This document shows positions 39,541 through 49,891 of a stretch of 64,000 nt of DNA, piece by piece. Made by a program: the position numbers and the translations under genes. Numbering within the stretch: position 1 is the first letter of the stretch; each line of letters starts with the position of its first letter. The notes under the pieces were generated by a model. The model saw only the letters and a list, made by a program, of their open reading frames with translations. It did not search any database and was not told the DNA's origin. Source of the DNA: a virus; IMG/VR virus record IMGVR_UViG_3300030103_004875. One strand, 5' to 3'.

Positions 39541-40776
39541 ATGAAACCAACTATTACTCTGTGTATGATTGTTAAAGATGAAACTCACGTTATCGAGAGG
39601 TGTCTGCGTTCCGTCGCTCCCTTCGTAGACCGATATGATATCACTGATACGGGATCTACAGACGGAACTCCCGATAAAATAAAAGAAATAATGGATGAAT
39701 TGGGTGTTCCCGGTGAAGTATACCTTTCTGATTGGAAGGGATTTGGTAATCATGCAGGTAATATTGGATCTCGTACCGAAGCGTTTCGTAATGCCGATAA
39801 TAAAGCAGACTATGCGTGGGTTATTGATGCAGATGACTCTTTAGTGGGTGAGTTGAAACTACCCGATGATGCTGATGCTGATGCGTACTCCCTAAAAATA
39901 CAGAGGGGTGACTTTGTATGGTGGAGAAATCAAATATTTAAAACTTCTTCTAGGTGGAGATATGAGGGCATACTTCACGAGTATGCAGCGTGTGATAATG
40001 AAAATGCAAAAGTTAGTCGATTGTTTGGAAACTATAGCGTAGAGGCTAGAACTGAGGGTAATCGAAATGTGGGTATAACTCCAGTAGAAAAGTATGAAAG
40101 GGATGCTGAAACTCTGAGAAATGCTTTGGAGGATGATCCGGATAATGCGAGGTATCAATTTTACCTAGCACAGTCATACTTCGATTCTCAACAATGGGAT
40201 AATTCACTCGAAGCGTATCAGAAACGAGTTGATATAGGTGGATGGCCTGAGGAAGTTTTCTATAGCATGTATAGAGTTGCAATTCTTAAGGGCATAAAAG
40301 GCGAACCTAATATGGACGTAATTAGAGCATTCGAGGACTGCTATAACTATAAACCTGACAGAGCAGAACCTTTATATCAGATATCAAGAATTTATCGTTC
40401 TATGGGTAAAAATGCTTTGGCATTTATGCACGCAAGCACTGGTATCGGAATTCCTTATCCAGACAATGATATTCTTTTCATTCAGGAGGAAGTATATAAG
40501 TATGGGTTACTGGATGAAATTGGTGCAACTGCTTTTTATGCAGGTAAACCTCATATGGGATATGCCGCATGTAAACGACTTATTGAGGAAAATTTAATCC
40601 CACCAGAACAAAAAGAGAGAGTTAGGCAAAACTACGAAAGTTATACTAACATTATGCAGCAAATGCAACAACAACAGATGATGAAGGAAATGGATTCACA
40701 AATTGATGATTTGAAGAAAAAGCAACAAAATAAAGAAACTGCCAAAAAGTATAAAAAGAAGAAAAAGAAGAGATAA
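39541..40776 (+). CDS. GT2 glycosyltransferase with C-terminal TPR repeats
   Basis: LCMIVKDE..IERCL.S, DTGSTDGT, IDADD, Y.G.LHE; ARYQFYLAQSY and PDRAEPLY TPR-like helices. Confidence 0.9.
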   Translation: MKPTITLCMIVKDETHVIERCLRSVAPFVDRYDITDTGSTDGTPDKIKEIMDELGVPGEVYLSDWKGFGNHAGNIGSRTEAFRNADNKADYAWVIDADDSLVGELKLPDDADADAYSLKIQRGDFVWWRNQIFKTSSRWRYEGILHEYAACDNENAKVSRLFGNYSVEARTEGNRNVGITPVEKYERDAETLRNALEDDPDNARYQFYLAQSYFDSQQWDNSLEAYQKRVDIGGWPEEVFYSMYRVAILKGIKGEPNMDVIRAFEDCYNYKPDRAEPLYQISRIYRSMGKNALAFMHASTGIGIPYPDNDILFIQEEVYKYGLLDEIGATAFYAGKPHMGYAACKRLIEENLIPPEQKERVRQNYESYTNIMQQMQQQQMMKEMDSQIDDLKKKQQNKETAKKYKKKKKKR

Positions 40777-40777
40777 A

Positions 40778-40798
40778 ACTTCTTAATACATAAGAAGT
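40778..40798 (+). promoter_or_regulatory. Inverted repeat enclosing an AATACATA late-promoter-like element
   Basis: ACTTCTTA-ataca-TAAGAAGT upstream of the collagen gene. Confidence 0.45.
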
Positions 40799-40818
40799 GT
40801 AGGTTTAGGAAAAACATA

Positions 40819-42222
40819 ATGTCTCAGTTTGTTCTTCAATCTAAAATTGATAATAAGTTTTCTAAAAACGATCTTTTCATAAAAGCACCTAACAATGTGG
40901 GTGTTGATGAAGTTGTAAATTTTGGAGATGGTATTTCTAGTATTGTTCTTGAAACCGAGGACAAAACTTCAGTTATCAAATTTATAGGATCTCATAAAAC
41001 CATTAATGAGTATTTTAGAGAAATAGAGGAAACTGAAAGGGATCAGTATATACTCAAGGAAACTTTAAACTCCTCTCTACAAAGAGGGGATGTTTTATTT
41101 TCCACCGATAATTCCCCCAACGTGGAAATTAGAATCAGTCCCGGTATACACAGTTTGGATGTAGAAAGCACAGATGGAAATGTTTATCGTTTCAGTGGCA
41201 GTAAAAATAACATAGATGAACTTTTTAGATACTTTCCTACCGAAGTTGTGGAAGAGGAGGAGCAAGTTTTATTGGGTGAACAAGGCCCTCCTGGCCCACA
41301 GGGTCCTAGAGGGAAAGAAGGTTCTGTTGGACCTCGTGGGCCTAAAGGAGAAAAGGGCTCTCCCGGACTTCCGGGTACAGATGGTTCAATAGGACCAAAG
41401 GGCGAGCAGGGTGAGCAGGGCCCTGTGGGAGAAAGGGGACCACAAGGTGATCAGGGTCCTGTGGGAGATCCAGGTCCCTCTGGTAAACCGGGTGTTGACG
41501 GTAAAGACGGAGAGGTTGGACCTAAAGGAATACAAGGAAACGCTGGAGAAATTGGACCTAAGGGTGATCCCGGCGAAAAGGGGGATCAGGGAGAAATCGG
41601 TCAGGTGGGCCCTCAAGGTTTAATTGGACCTAAGGGTGATCCCGGCGAAAAGGGTAAACAGGGATCCAAAGGATCTAAAGGTTCGAAGGGCGATAAAGGT
41701 GATAGGGGTGATCCGGGAACTGATGGTAAGGAGGGCCCAAGAGGACAACGTGGGTTAGATGGTAAGCAAGGACCAAAAGGTGATAAGGGTGATTCCGGGA
41801 TTGTATCTGCGAAGTATCCTCTTGTATATGATACTAATGGTAATGAGATAAGTTTTGATACAAAAAAACTAGAGGAACTTTTAGGTAAATTTAGTAATTT
41901 AGGTCCGGGACAAAATGGTCCTGATTATGCTGCTATGACAGATTGGCTTGCTGCTGCCGGTGGTGCTGTTGCAATAATAGACGGTAACAATAACAATGCC
42001 AAAGTAACAAATTCTTTGGGGGATTTTGTAATAGAGGGTAGTGGAGTTTCCCTAAATAAGTTAGGTAAGACAGTAACCATGACCATTTCTGGGGGTGGCG
42101 GGGCAACTACCGTGGTTAGTGATAATGCTCCCGATGGAATTTATGTTACCGGGGATAAATGGATTGAGTCTGATACGGGAACACTTTTTACTAGATATCA
42201 AGCCTTTTGGGTAGAATTTTGA
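40819..42222 (+). CDS. Collagen-like fibre protein
   Basis: About 58 uninterrupted Gly-X-Y triplets (41275-41796); C-terminal [16 protein letters not shown]...WVEF motif. Confidence 0.92.
   Translation: MSQFVLQSKIDNKFSKNDLFIKAPNNVGVDEVVNFGDGISSIVLETEDKTSVIKFIGSHKTINEYFREIEETERDQYILKETLNSSLQRGDVLFSTDNSPNVEIRISPGIHSLDVESTDGNVYRFSGSKNNIDELFRYFPTEVVEEEEQVLLGEQGPPGPQGPRGKEGSVGPRGPKGEKGSPGLPGTDGSIGPKGEQGEQGPVGERGPQGDQGPVGDPGPSGKPGVDGKDGEVGPKGIQGNAGEIGPKGDPGEKGDQGEIGQVGPQGLIGPKGDPGEKGKQGSKGSKGSKGDKGDRGDPGTDGKEGPRGQRGLDGKQGPKGDKGDSGIVSAKYPLVYDTNGNEISFDTKKLEELLGKFSNLGPGQNGPDYAAMTDWLAAAGGAVAIIDGNNNNAKVTNSLGDFVIEGSGVSLNKLGKTVTMTISGGGGATTVVSDNAPDGIYVTGDKWIESDTGTLFTRYQAFWVEF
41550..41654 (+). repeat. 33-bp direct repeat within the collagen region
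   Basis: aattggacctaagggtgatcccggcgaaaaggg at 41550-41582 and 41622-41654. Confidence 0.9.
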
Positions 42223-42233
42223 GGTCAAACTAA

Positions 42234-44444
42234 ATGTCGAATTTTCCAACCAATCCATCAACGGGAGCCACTCACGCAATAGGAGACAAAACGTGGGAGT
42301 ATAATGGTTCTGCATGGCAAAAAATATTCAGCGGAGATGGTATACGAGCGATAGGAATCTCTGGTGGTGATGTTACGATTGGAAGAAGCGGATTAAATTT
42401 TGATTCTGACACTGTTGGCTTGACTCTATCTCTCCATTCTTCGGGAAACACTGCATCTTTGATAATAAAAGGAGACGCTTTAGCTTCCACATCCGGAAGA
42501 GCGGAGTACACATATACCGTTGTGTCTGGTGTGATAAATCCCCCAAACGCAACATCCAACGGTCAATTTGTATACAATGATGATACTGGTCAAATATCTA
42601 TTTTTAAGTTTGACAACGACGGTGGAGATTTTAGAACTCAATTATCACAAGCGGCCGCCGGAGGAGTGGAGGGAGTTAGTTCTAAAATTAATGTGGTTGT
42701 AGGGAATGATAATAGAACAAAAGTCTTCGAGATTGACAGTCAACAGGTAACTTACGATGGAACTAAGTTTAATGTTGGGAGTTCCTTCCTACAGGGAAAT
42801 ACTGCTGGAACTGGTAAAAAGGTTACTGTATTTATTGATCAGGGAGAACAATTCCTTAGAGCAAAGGAATATAGATTCCCTGACGGAACTTCTGCCTCTT
42901 CTATAGTTACTTCATTCAATGGTGAAACGGGTGATGTCACCACCACTAGCACGGTTCTTCCTGTTGCTGGAATCACTGCGACATCTGGTATCACTATAGG
43001 TGGTGACATCCATGCTCCAAATGAGTTTCATATTCGTAACGCGAGCGGTGAGACAGTCATTGATGTTGCTAATAGAAATGTAAGCATAGGAGATGTTGAC
43101 TCTGGGGGCAATGATACGGACATAAACATTCGTGATTCTCATAATGCAATTTATCTAAACGCAGGATCTCAGATCAGACTCAATGCTCCAGATGTTTACA
43201 TTGAACAGGGGGGTCATTTAGGTGCATTGGGCGATACGGATACTCATATAAATTTTGCTGGGAGTGATGAATTATTTTTAGTGGCAGGTGGAAACACGCT
43301 CATGCAAGCAACCACCAACAATATAATTATTGGCGGTGTGACATTTGGTGTCACTGGTGGGGGAGCAACATTCGGCGGAATAATACACGCACAGGGCTTA
43401 ACACTAGGACCCGGCGGAGTTACATTCCCTGATGGTACTAATATGAAAACTGCTGCTGCTGGTGGTGGCGGAATAGAAGAACTTAACGGATCTACCGCTG
43501 CTGGAATAACTCTTGCTCAGGGCTTTAGATATAAAGTATCGGCAGTTGCTGCATCACCAAGTTCACCAAGTGCGGGTGAAATCGCAATTAAAGACCTTCT
43601 TGGTGCGGGATTGCTCCCCAGTGGTTTCATACTTCACAAAAATCCTTTTAACTCTGCTATAGATCTAAGTGATACTGATAGTAATGGAAGTTATTTTAAA
43701 ATGTTTGCCGATGCTGGTGGTATCGCAACAATAATAAATGAAAAAACCGGAAAGTCCGCCCAGTTTATTAACACCTCATCTTTTACTTCGAGTAGTAATG
43801 TTTTAGAGTATACTGGTAATGCAAATTCAAATGATGCTACGAGCGCCCTCGCGTCCGTTGGTGATTTCGTTATCGTTAAATTGGATTTTTATACCGATAC
43901 TGGAGTAACATCTATTGGTGGAGATTCCTTCCAAAATAAGGGAGCTTTGGCTTTAGGTAAGGGTATAACTACGGAAAACGCTGGTAGTGGAACGGGCAGA
44001 CTCAGACTTGAACAGGAAACTATAGGATTTATTCTTGATGGTGCCGGATCTCCTCTTGGGACAGGAGACAAATTGGACGCTCTTCGTCAAATTCCATATA
44101 ATATGGAGATTGATTCGACCTCTGCTTTCATTCCTGCCGGAGTTGCCGGGGTTGATAAAACGATTACATTTTCCATCAAGAAAACTTCTACTCTTAATAG
44201 TGTAACTAGTTCTGGAGGTATAACAGGATCTAAGTTAACTTTAGGAAACACTGCGTCTGCCGATCAGACAGGATTTACCTTTGATGGTATTGTTGGCGGT
44301 GTTCTCTTTAGAGAACTGGGTAGTGCCTCATCAAATGTTGGTGCAACTGTGGATAAAAATGAGTGGATATTCCCAGAAATAACTGGTAACTCTGGTGACA
44401 TAAATAAATTACAGATATTCATGAAATTAAAACCACAGGACTAG
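42234..44444 (+). CDS. Tail fibre / virion fibre protein
   Basis: N-term NFPTNPSTGATHAIGDKTWEYNGSAW; G/T/S-rich; FPDGT and VTSFNGETGDV fibre motifs. Confidence 0.8.
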   Translation: MSNFPTNPSTGATHAIGDKTWEYNGSAWQKIFSGDGIRAIGISGGDVTIGRSGLNFDSDTVGLTLSLHSSGNTASLIIKGDALASTSGRAEYTYTVVSGVINPPNATSNGQFVYNDDTGQISIFKFDNDGGDFRTQLSQAAAGGVEGVSSKINVVVGNDNRTKVFEIDSQQVTYDGTKFNVGSSFLQGNTAGTGKKVTVFIDQGEQFLRAKEYRFPDGTSASSIVTSFNGETGDVTTTSTVLPVAGITATSGITIGGDIHAPNEFHIRNASGETVIDVANRNVSIGDVDSGGNDTDINIRDSHNAIYLNAGSQIRLNAPDVYIEQGGHLGALGDTDTHINFAGSDELFLVAGGNTLMQATTNNIIIGGVTFGVTGGGATFGGIIHAQGLTLGPGGVTFPDGTNMKTAAAGGGGIEELNGSTAAGITLAQGFRYKVSAVAASPSSPSAGEIAIKDLLGAGLLPSGFILHKNPFNSAIDLSDTDSNGSYFKMFADAGGIATIINEKTGKSAQFINTSSFTSSSNVLEYTGNANSNDATSALASVGDFVIVKLDFYTDTGVTSIGGDSFQNKGALALGKGITTENAGSGTGRLRLEQETIGFILDGAGSPLGTGDKLDALRQIPYNMEIDSTSAFIPAGVAGVDKTITFSIKKTSTLNSVTSSGGITGSKLTLGNTASADQTGFTFDGIVGGVLFRELGSASSNVGATVDKNEWIFPEITGNSGDINKLQIFMKLKPQD

Positions 44445-44457
44445 TCTAGGAGTTAAA

Positions 44458-44673
44458 ATGCAATCGTTATACCCATTCGCAGAAATCATGACTGAACTTA
44501 CAAAGATTGAAGGTCAAATTGTAAAGTTGCAAGAAATTTTTACTTCTTTGGAAGAAAGAACATCAACCGACGAATCACTTATTGACACTTTTGTTGTAAA
44601 AGCCAATGAGTTAGAAACAGCAGCAAACGCACTCAAGAACATTACCTTCACGAATTTAAATAGGAGTAAATAA
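44458..44673 (+). CDS. Small coiled-coil hypothetical protein
   Basis: AGGAG RBS; heptad pattern. Confidence 0.6.
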   Translation: MQSLYPFAEIMTELTKIEGQIVKLQEIFTSLEERTSTDESLIDTFVVKANELETAANALKNITFTNLNRSK

Positions 44674-44987
44674 TGGCAGACATTACGGACCCAGAGGCGA
44701 TTAAATTCGTCAATGAATATATTAGACCTATGTGTGAGAACATTCGTTACATGAAAGCACGGGGAGATGATTTTGCACTTAAGTGGGCACAACTAAGTGG
44801 TGATTTTCCAAACGACACCTCCCCAGTTGTAGACGGAAGAGATGCAGAGGGTATCAGCCGTTTGACTGGTGCAGACATAAACGCAGTCGCTATCATATTC
44901 AATACTCTTCTTGGAGATATTGATGCAACAGCGACAGCAGTTATTGCAAAACCTTGTGTGCGACCTCTTCTTTACTCGGGTGAATAA
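44673..44987 (+). CDS. Hypothetical protein
   Basis: AGGAG RBS; translationally coupled on both sides (TAATG). Confidence 0.65.
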   Translation: MADITDPEAIKFVNEYIRPMCENIRYMKARGDDFALKWAQLSGDFPNDTSPVVDGRDAEGISRLTGADINAVAIIFNTLLGDIDATATAVIAKPCVRPLLYSGE

Positions 44988-46102
44988 TGGCAACCAAGTA
45001 TTACTACAGTCAAGCAAGTGGTGACAATGACGGTAGCAGCGAAGCAAACGCCTACACCGATCTCCAGACGGCACTGAACGCTCTTAGTGCTGGTGATCAT
45101 TTATACTGTAAGAGACACACTTCGCGTGAGGGTGTTAAGACCACGAACTTAACATTCACAACAAATTCCAACACAAACGCTGGAAATACTATTGTCGAAG
45201 GGTACACAACTACGCCAGGTGATGGTGGGATGTATCAGACTGCAAGTCCTGTAGACTTCAATGCAGAAGGTGTAGAACTAAGATACTTTGATGTTGACGC
45301 TGATGGCGATGCCACCACTGCGATATCAATAGGCGGAGATGGTAGTATTGCTTATAGGTGCAAGGCTGTAAATGCTTATAGCTTCGGGAATGGGTTTGAA
45401 CTAATTGATGCTGCCGCTATCGAATGTTTTGCTCAGGGTAAGGTGACTCAAGCGGGCGACCAAGTTTTTAGTTGCAATCGAGCAACAATGATTAACTGTG
45501 TGGTGATCATAGATGCTGCATCTGGATCTGCGGGTGCAGCGATAGAAGCGGGTGCTGGATTTAGACAGAATCAAATAATAAACTGCTTGATTATCAATGA
45601 AGATGGTGCTGAAAGTCATGTCGGTATTAGAGCCACGGGGAGTTCTAACCAACAACAGACATATGTTAACAATACCATATACAACATGGATATAGGGATT
45701 GAGTTCGTGGAGGGACCAGCCTCGGGCAGGGTGAACGTGCCATCAACTATGTACGGTAATATACTTTATAGTGTTGGTACTGGTATAAAAAACACACAAA
45801 ACACCAATACTACCACTTTCGGTCTGCTTGCTTATCAGAATGCATTCGGGGCAGTTACAACTGCTCAAACCAGTGGTCTTGCCACAGATGTTGATAATTT
45901 TACTTTGACCGAAAATCCGTTTATTGACACCACCAACTTTCAGTTAAACAACGCGCCTGGCGGCGGAGCGTTAATTAAGGGTAAACTTGGTATTCCCGAT
46001 CCTAAAGATCCATCCAAATTAACTTCGCTAGTCAGAACTGACTTTCAGTCTTCTGGTGGTGTCACACCCAATCCAGTCGGTGAAGTTTCCAGATCTTTCT
46101 GA
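44987..46102 (+). CDS. Parallel beta-helix (pectin-lyase-like) virion protein
   Basis: YYSQASGDNDGSSEANAYTDLQTAL..LSAGD.LY; repeated INC.I / VNNTIY / GNILY stacks; DNPF..F.L closing motif (ENPFIDTTNFQL). Confidence 0.7.
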   Translation: MATKYYYSQASGDNDGSSEANAYTDLQTALNALSAGDHLYCKRHTSREGVKTTNLTFTTNSNTNAGNTIVEGYTTTPGDGGMYQTASPVDFNAEGVELRYFDVDADGDATTAISIGGDGSIAYRCKAVNAYSFGNGFELIDAAAIECFAQGKVTQAGDQVFSCNRATMINCVVIIDAASGSAGAAIEAGAGFRQNQIINCLIINEDGAESHVGIRATGSSNQQQTYVNNTIYNMDIGIEFVEGPASGRVNVPSTMYGNILYSVGTGIKNTQNTNTTTFGLLAYQNAFGAVTTAQTSGLATDVDNFTLTENPFIDTTNFQLNNAPGGGALIKGKLGIPDPKDPSKLTSLVRTDFQSSGGVTPNPVGEVSRSF

Positions 46103-46130
46103 TTGACATTTGTTAGTTACAGAGTATAAT
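46103..46130 (+). promoter_or_regulatory. Sigma70-type promoter (TTGACA-16-TATAAT) for the dUTPase-polymerase operon
   Basis: Perfect hexamers at 46103-46108 and 46125-46130. Confidence 0.8.
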
Positions 46131-46160
46131 TCATGTAAACCATGTGGAGATTCTATACCT

Positions 46161-46733
46161 ATGTCGGAAACTATGAAAATTTATAAACTGTACCCCAACG
46201 TACTTGAACTTACTCAGTCAACACATGAAGCTGCTTGTCGTGATATTCATGCACATCTTCGTGCGCCAGTTCCTCCAGAGGATAAACCAGCAATCGTTCG
46301 TGAAATACAATGGTATGATTGTTACAATCAATTACACACCACCATGCCAGATGTGACCTTTGAGTGTGACGTTCCGAATGTCACGTTTGAACTTGGACCT
46401 AAGTGTCGTGCTTTAATTCCAACTGGTATGGTATTTCACATGGGGGTTGAGTTCTCTGCTAGGATCCATCCAAGATCTGGTATGGCATGGAAGAATGGTA
46501 TTACGTTAGTCAATGCAGAAGGAGTCATTGACGCTGATTATGACAAGGAGGTTTTCATCCCTCTCTATAATACCACTAACATTCCATTTAAAATTCACCA
46601 CGGAGACAGAATCGCACAAGTTGAATTTATTCAGCCTTTTAAGAGAGTAAGTTATATTACATACACAGAGGCAACCCCGAAGAAAGATCGTTCTTCTAAT
46701 CGTAAGGGCGGCTTCGGATCAACAGGAGTTTGA
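46161..46733 (+). CDS. dut: Trimeric dUTPase
   Basis: LIPTG, PRSG, NAEGVIDADY, GDRIAQ, RKGGFGSTG; GGAG before ATG 46161. Confidence 0.95.
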   Translation: MSETMKIYKLYPNVLELTQSTHEAACRDIHAHLRAPVPPEDKPAIVREIQWYDCYNQLHTTMPDVTFECDVPNVTFELGPKCRALIPTGMVFHMGVEFSARIHPRSGMAWKNGITLVNAEGVIDADYDKEVFIPLYNTTNIPFKIHHGDRIAQVEFIQPFKRVSYITYTEATPKKDRSSNRKGGFGSTGV

Positions 46734-46734
46734 T

Positions 46735-47121
46735 ATGACAAGAGATGAATTATTAAAATATCATAGTGAAATTTGTAATGCAGCACAGCAACTAATGTCT
46801 CTGAAAAATAGAGACTATGCAGGCAGTGATGGTAATCAACCTTTTGCCAATTTTACCCGAGTGGAGTCAATGGGCATTTGTACTACTGAACAAGGGTTTA
46901 TGACCAGAGTAACGGACAAGATGAGTAGGTTGTCTTCATTTCTGGATTCCGGTAAAATGCATGTTGAAGATGAGAGTTTTTCTGATACAATAGTAGATGT
47001 AATTAATTATATGGTTCTTCTTTCTGCCTATGTAAGTGATAAGGAGAAAGTTGATAAGGTTTTTAAAGAACCTGAACTTCTTGTAGAAGATAAGAACAAA
47101 GTTTTTCATCATCCGGTTTGA
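46735..47121 (+). CDS. Nucleotide-modification-associated all-alpha NTP-PPase-like protein (Nmad1-type)
   Basis: KNRDYA...PFANF, RVTDKMSRL, DESFSDTIVDVINY. Confidence 0.7.
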   Translation: MTRDELLKYHSEICNAAQQLMSLKNRDYAGSDGNQPFANFTRVESMGICTTEQGFMTRVTDKMSRLSSFLDSGKMHVEDESFSDTIVDVINYMVLLSAYVSDKEKVDKVFKEPELLVEDKNKVFHHPV

Positions 47122-47136
47122 TTCAAGTGAGATTTA

Positions 47137-49662
47137 ATGCAGGAAACTTTTTACACAAATGTAATAATTCGTGGTAATGATATTTTATATCGCGGAATAG
47201 AAAATGGTAGGAGAGTTAGAAGAAAGATTCCATATCAACCCACTCTGTATGTCCCTACCAGCAAACAAACAGAATGGAAAACTTTAGATGGTAGAGCGGT
47301 AGAAGAATTTAAAGTTGGATCTATTCTAGAGACAAATACTTTCATGAAGGAACATAGAAATGTTTCTGGATTGGAGATTCACGGAAATCTAAATTATGTT
47401 TATTCCTACATTGCAGATGAGTTTCCCGGCGATGTCAATTATGATTTTAATGATCTAGTTATTGCATATATTGATATAGAAACGGAATGTGAAAAGGGTT
47501 TCCCCGACTACAAATCACCAAATGAAAGAATCATTGCAATAACAATCGCAGTGAATGGTGAGTATCACGTTCTTGGTCTTGGTGATTTTGTCACTAAAAA
47601 TGAAAACGAGATCGCATATAATTTTGAGACAGAGGAGCAACTTCTCAACGAATTTTATCGTCTCTGGGATGAACTTCAGCCTGATATTGTTACTGGATGG
47701 AACATTAGATTCTTTGATATTCCTTACCTCTACAACAGAAGTTGTCGGGTGGTTGGAGAAAGAAAATCAAAGATGCTTTCTCCTTGGAGAACCGTGAGGG
47801 AAAAGACAGTTCACCGAATGAATCGTGATCATGATGTGTACGAGCCTCTTGGAGTCTCTGTACTAGACTATTATGAGTTGTATCAGACGTTTACTTATAC
47901 CAACCAAGAGTCGTATAGGTTGGATCACATATCGTTTGTCGAACTTGGAGAAAAGAAACTTTCTTATGATGAGTTTGACAGTATTGCAGACTTCTACCAG
48001 AAAGATTTTCAAAAATTCATTGAGTATAATATTAAAGATGTGCAGTTGGTTCACCGGCTAGAGCAGAAGATGAAACTTCTGGAACTGGTGGTTGCTCTGA
48101 CGTACTCCGCCAAAGTTAATATGATGGATGTATTTTCTCAGGTTAAAACGTGGGATCAGATTATCTTTCATTATCTCTATGAGAAAAATATTATCATCCC
48201 GCCGAAAAACTTTTCGGAAAAGGATGTTCAATATGCGGGTGCTTATGTGAAGGATCCGATTGTGGGTAAACATGACTGGGTAGTTTCGTATGACCTTAAC
48301 TCTCTCTATCCTCACCTTATTATGCAGTATAATATATCGTCTGACACTAAGGTTAGGGGATCTATGTCTCGTAAGGCAATTGAAATTGATGGTATATTGG
48401 AGGAAACTCCTGATACCATGAATCGTATCAGGGAATGGACGAATCAAGGATACTGTGTTGCTGCAAACGGAACGCTATACAGAAAAGACAAGCAAGGGTT
48501 TCTGCCCGAACTCATGGAAAAACTCTATACTGAAAGAAAGAAGTATAAGAGGTTGATGATTGACTTCCAGAAGAGACAGCAAGCGGGGGAGAAGGGCCTT
48601 GAAAATGAGATAGCCAAATATGACAACTTTCAGCAAGTTCGTAAGATTCAATTGAACTCTGCTTATGGTGCAATTGGTAATGAATGGTTTCGCTACTACG
48701 ATGTGGAAATGGCCGAAGCAATTACACTTTCTGGACAGTTGAGTATTCGATGGATAGCAAACAAACTCAATGAATTTTTAAATGAACATGTGGGAACTAC
48801 CGACTATGACTATGTTGTGGCATCTGATACCGATTCTGTGTATCTCAGGCTTGGTAATCTTGTGGATCGTTTTTTGGCTGATGGAACTGATGTGGAGAAA
48901 ATCACAGATTTCCTTGACAAAGCATCAGAAAAAATAATAGAACCCTTTATCGACAAGAAGTATGAAGAACTTTCTGGTTTGATGAATGCGTTCGATAACA
49001 AGATGGTGATGGAGAGAGAAGTAATCGCAAAGACTGGTGTGTGGACCGCAAAGAAAAGGTACATGCTAAGTGTTCATGATTCGGAGGGTATTCGATACAA
49101 GACACCTAAGTTGAAGATCATGGGCATTGAGACTTCTCGATCATCCACACCGCAAGTGGTTCGTAACAAATTGAAAGAGATGATAAGCACTGTAATGACT
49201 GGAACAGAAGATGAACTAATTTCTTCTGTTGGTGAATTTAAGTCTGAGTTTAACTTTCTTGATCCAGAGGACATAGCATTCCCCCGCGGCGTGTCTAACC
49301 TAACGAAGTATCATGATAGTGCCCAAATATACAGCAAAGGAACACCTATCGCAGTAAAGGGTGCTTTGATTTACAACTACTATATCAACAAGATGAAACT
49401 AGGTAGGAAGTATCGTGAAATAATAGAGGGAGATAAGATAAAGTTTGTTTATCTCAAGACACCCAATCCGATGGCGGGATCCTTTGGAAAGGATCATGTT
49501 CTTTCTTTTCCGAATGGTATTCCGAAGGAATTTGAACTTACTGATTTCATCGATTATGATAAACAATTTACCAAGTCTTTTTTAGAACCTCTAAATACTA
49601 TTTTAAAAGCAGTTGGATGGGAGTATGAAAAGAAAGCATCCCTAGAAACATTTTTTGGATAA
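47137..49662 (+). CDS. gp43: Family B DNA polymerase gp43
   Basis: DIET, TGWN..FDIPY, SYDLNSLYP, KIQLNSAYG, SDTDS, KKRY. Confidence 0.98.
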   Translation: MQETFYTNVIIRGNDILYRGIENGRRVRRKIPYQPTLYVPTSKQTEWKTLDGRAVEEFKVGSILETNTFMKEHRNVSGLEIHGNLNYVYSYIADEFPGDVNYDFNDLVIAYIDIETECEKGFPDYKSPNERIIAITIAVNGEYHVLGLGDFVTKNENEIAYNFETEEQLLNEFYRLWDELQPDIVTGWNIRFFDIPYLYNRSCRVVGERKSKMLSPWRTVREKTVHRMNRDHDVYEPLGVSVLDYYELYQTFTYTNQESYRLDHISFVELGEKKLSYDEFDSIADFYQKDFQKFIEYNIKDVQLVHRLEQKMKLLELVVALTYSAKVNMMDVFSQVKTWDQIIFHYLYEKNIIIPPKNFSEKDVQYAGAYVKDPIVGKHDWVVSYDLNSLYPHLIMQYNISSDTKVRGSMSRKAIEIDGILEETPDTMNRIREWTNQGYCVAANGTLYRKDKQGFLPELMEKLYTERKKYKRLMIDFQKRQQAGEKGLENEIAKYDNFQQVRKIQLNSAYGAIGNEWFRYYDVEMAEAITLSGQLSIRWIANKLNEFLNEHVGTTDYDYVVASDTDSVYLRLGNLVDRFLADGTDVEKITDFLDKASEKIIEPFIDKKYEELSGLMNAFDNKMVMEREVIAKTGVWTAKKRYMLSVHDSEGIRYKTPKLKIMGIETSRSSTPQVVRNKLKEMISTVMTGTEDELISSVGEFKSEFNFLDPEDIAFPRGVSNLTKYHDSAQIYSKGTPIAVKGALIYNYYINKMKLGRKYREIIEGDKIKFVYLKTPNPMAGSFGKDHVLSFPNGIPKEFELTDFIDYDKQFTKSFLEPLNTILKAVGWEYEKKASLETFFG

Positions 49663-49666
49663 TACT

Positions 49667-49891
49667 ATGAACAATACAATTTATAAATGCGAATTTTCTC
49701 TACAGGATTTACAGACGATGTATTATCTTGTGGAGAAAGAAATGGTATTGACAGAGAGGAACTTATCTGCTAGTCTATCGGATAAGACAGTGAATCTTTC
49801 TCGATACGAAGATCTTCTTTCAAAGAAGAATGTATTAGAGAAGACACGAAAGCAACTTAAAAATTACTACGGAGATATTGATGTTAAATGA
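49667..49891 (+). CDS. Small hypothetical protein
   Basis: Fills the gp43-uvsX gap and overlaps the uvsX start. Confidence 0.55.
   Translation: MNNTIYKCEFSLQDLQTMYYLVEKEMVLTERNLSASLSDKTVNLSRYEDLLSKKNVLEKTRKQLKNYYGDIDVK

Noticed and set aside
41275-41796. GC-rich periodic stretch as a mobile element or foreign DNA
   Set aside because: Fully explained by Gly-X-Y collagen codons.
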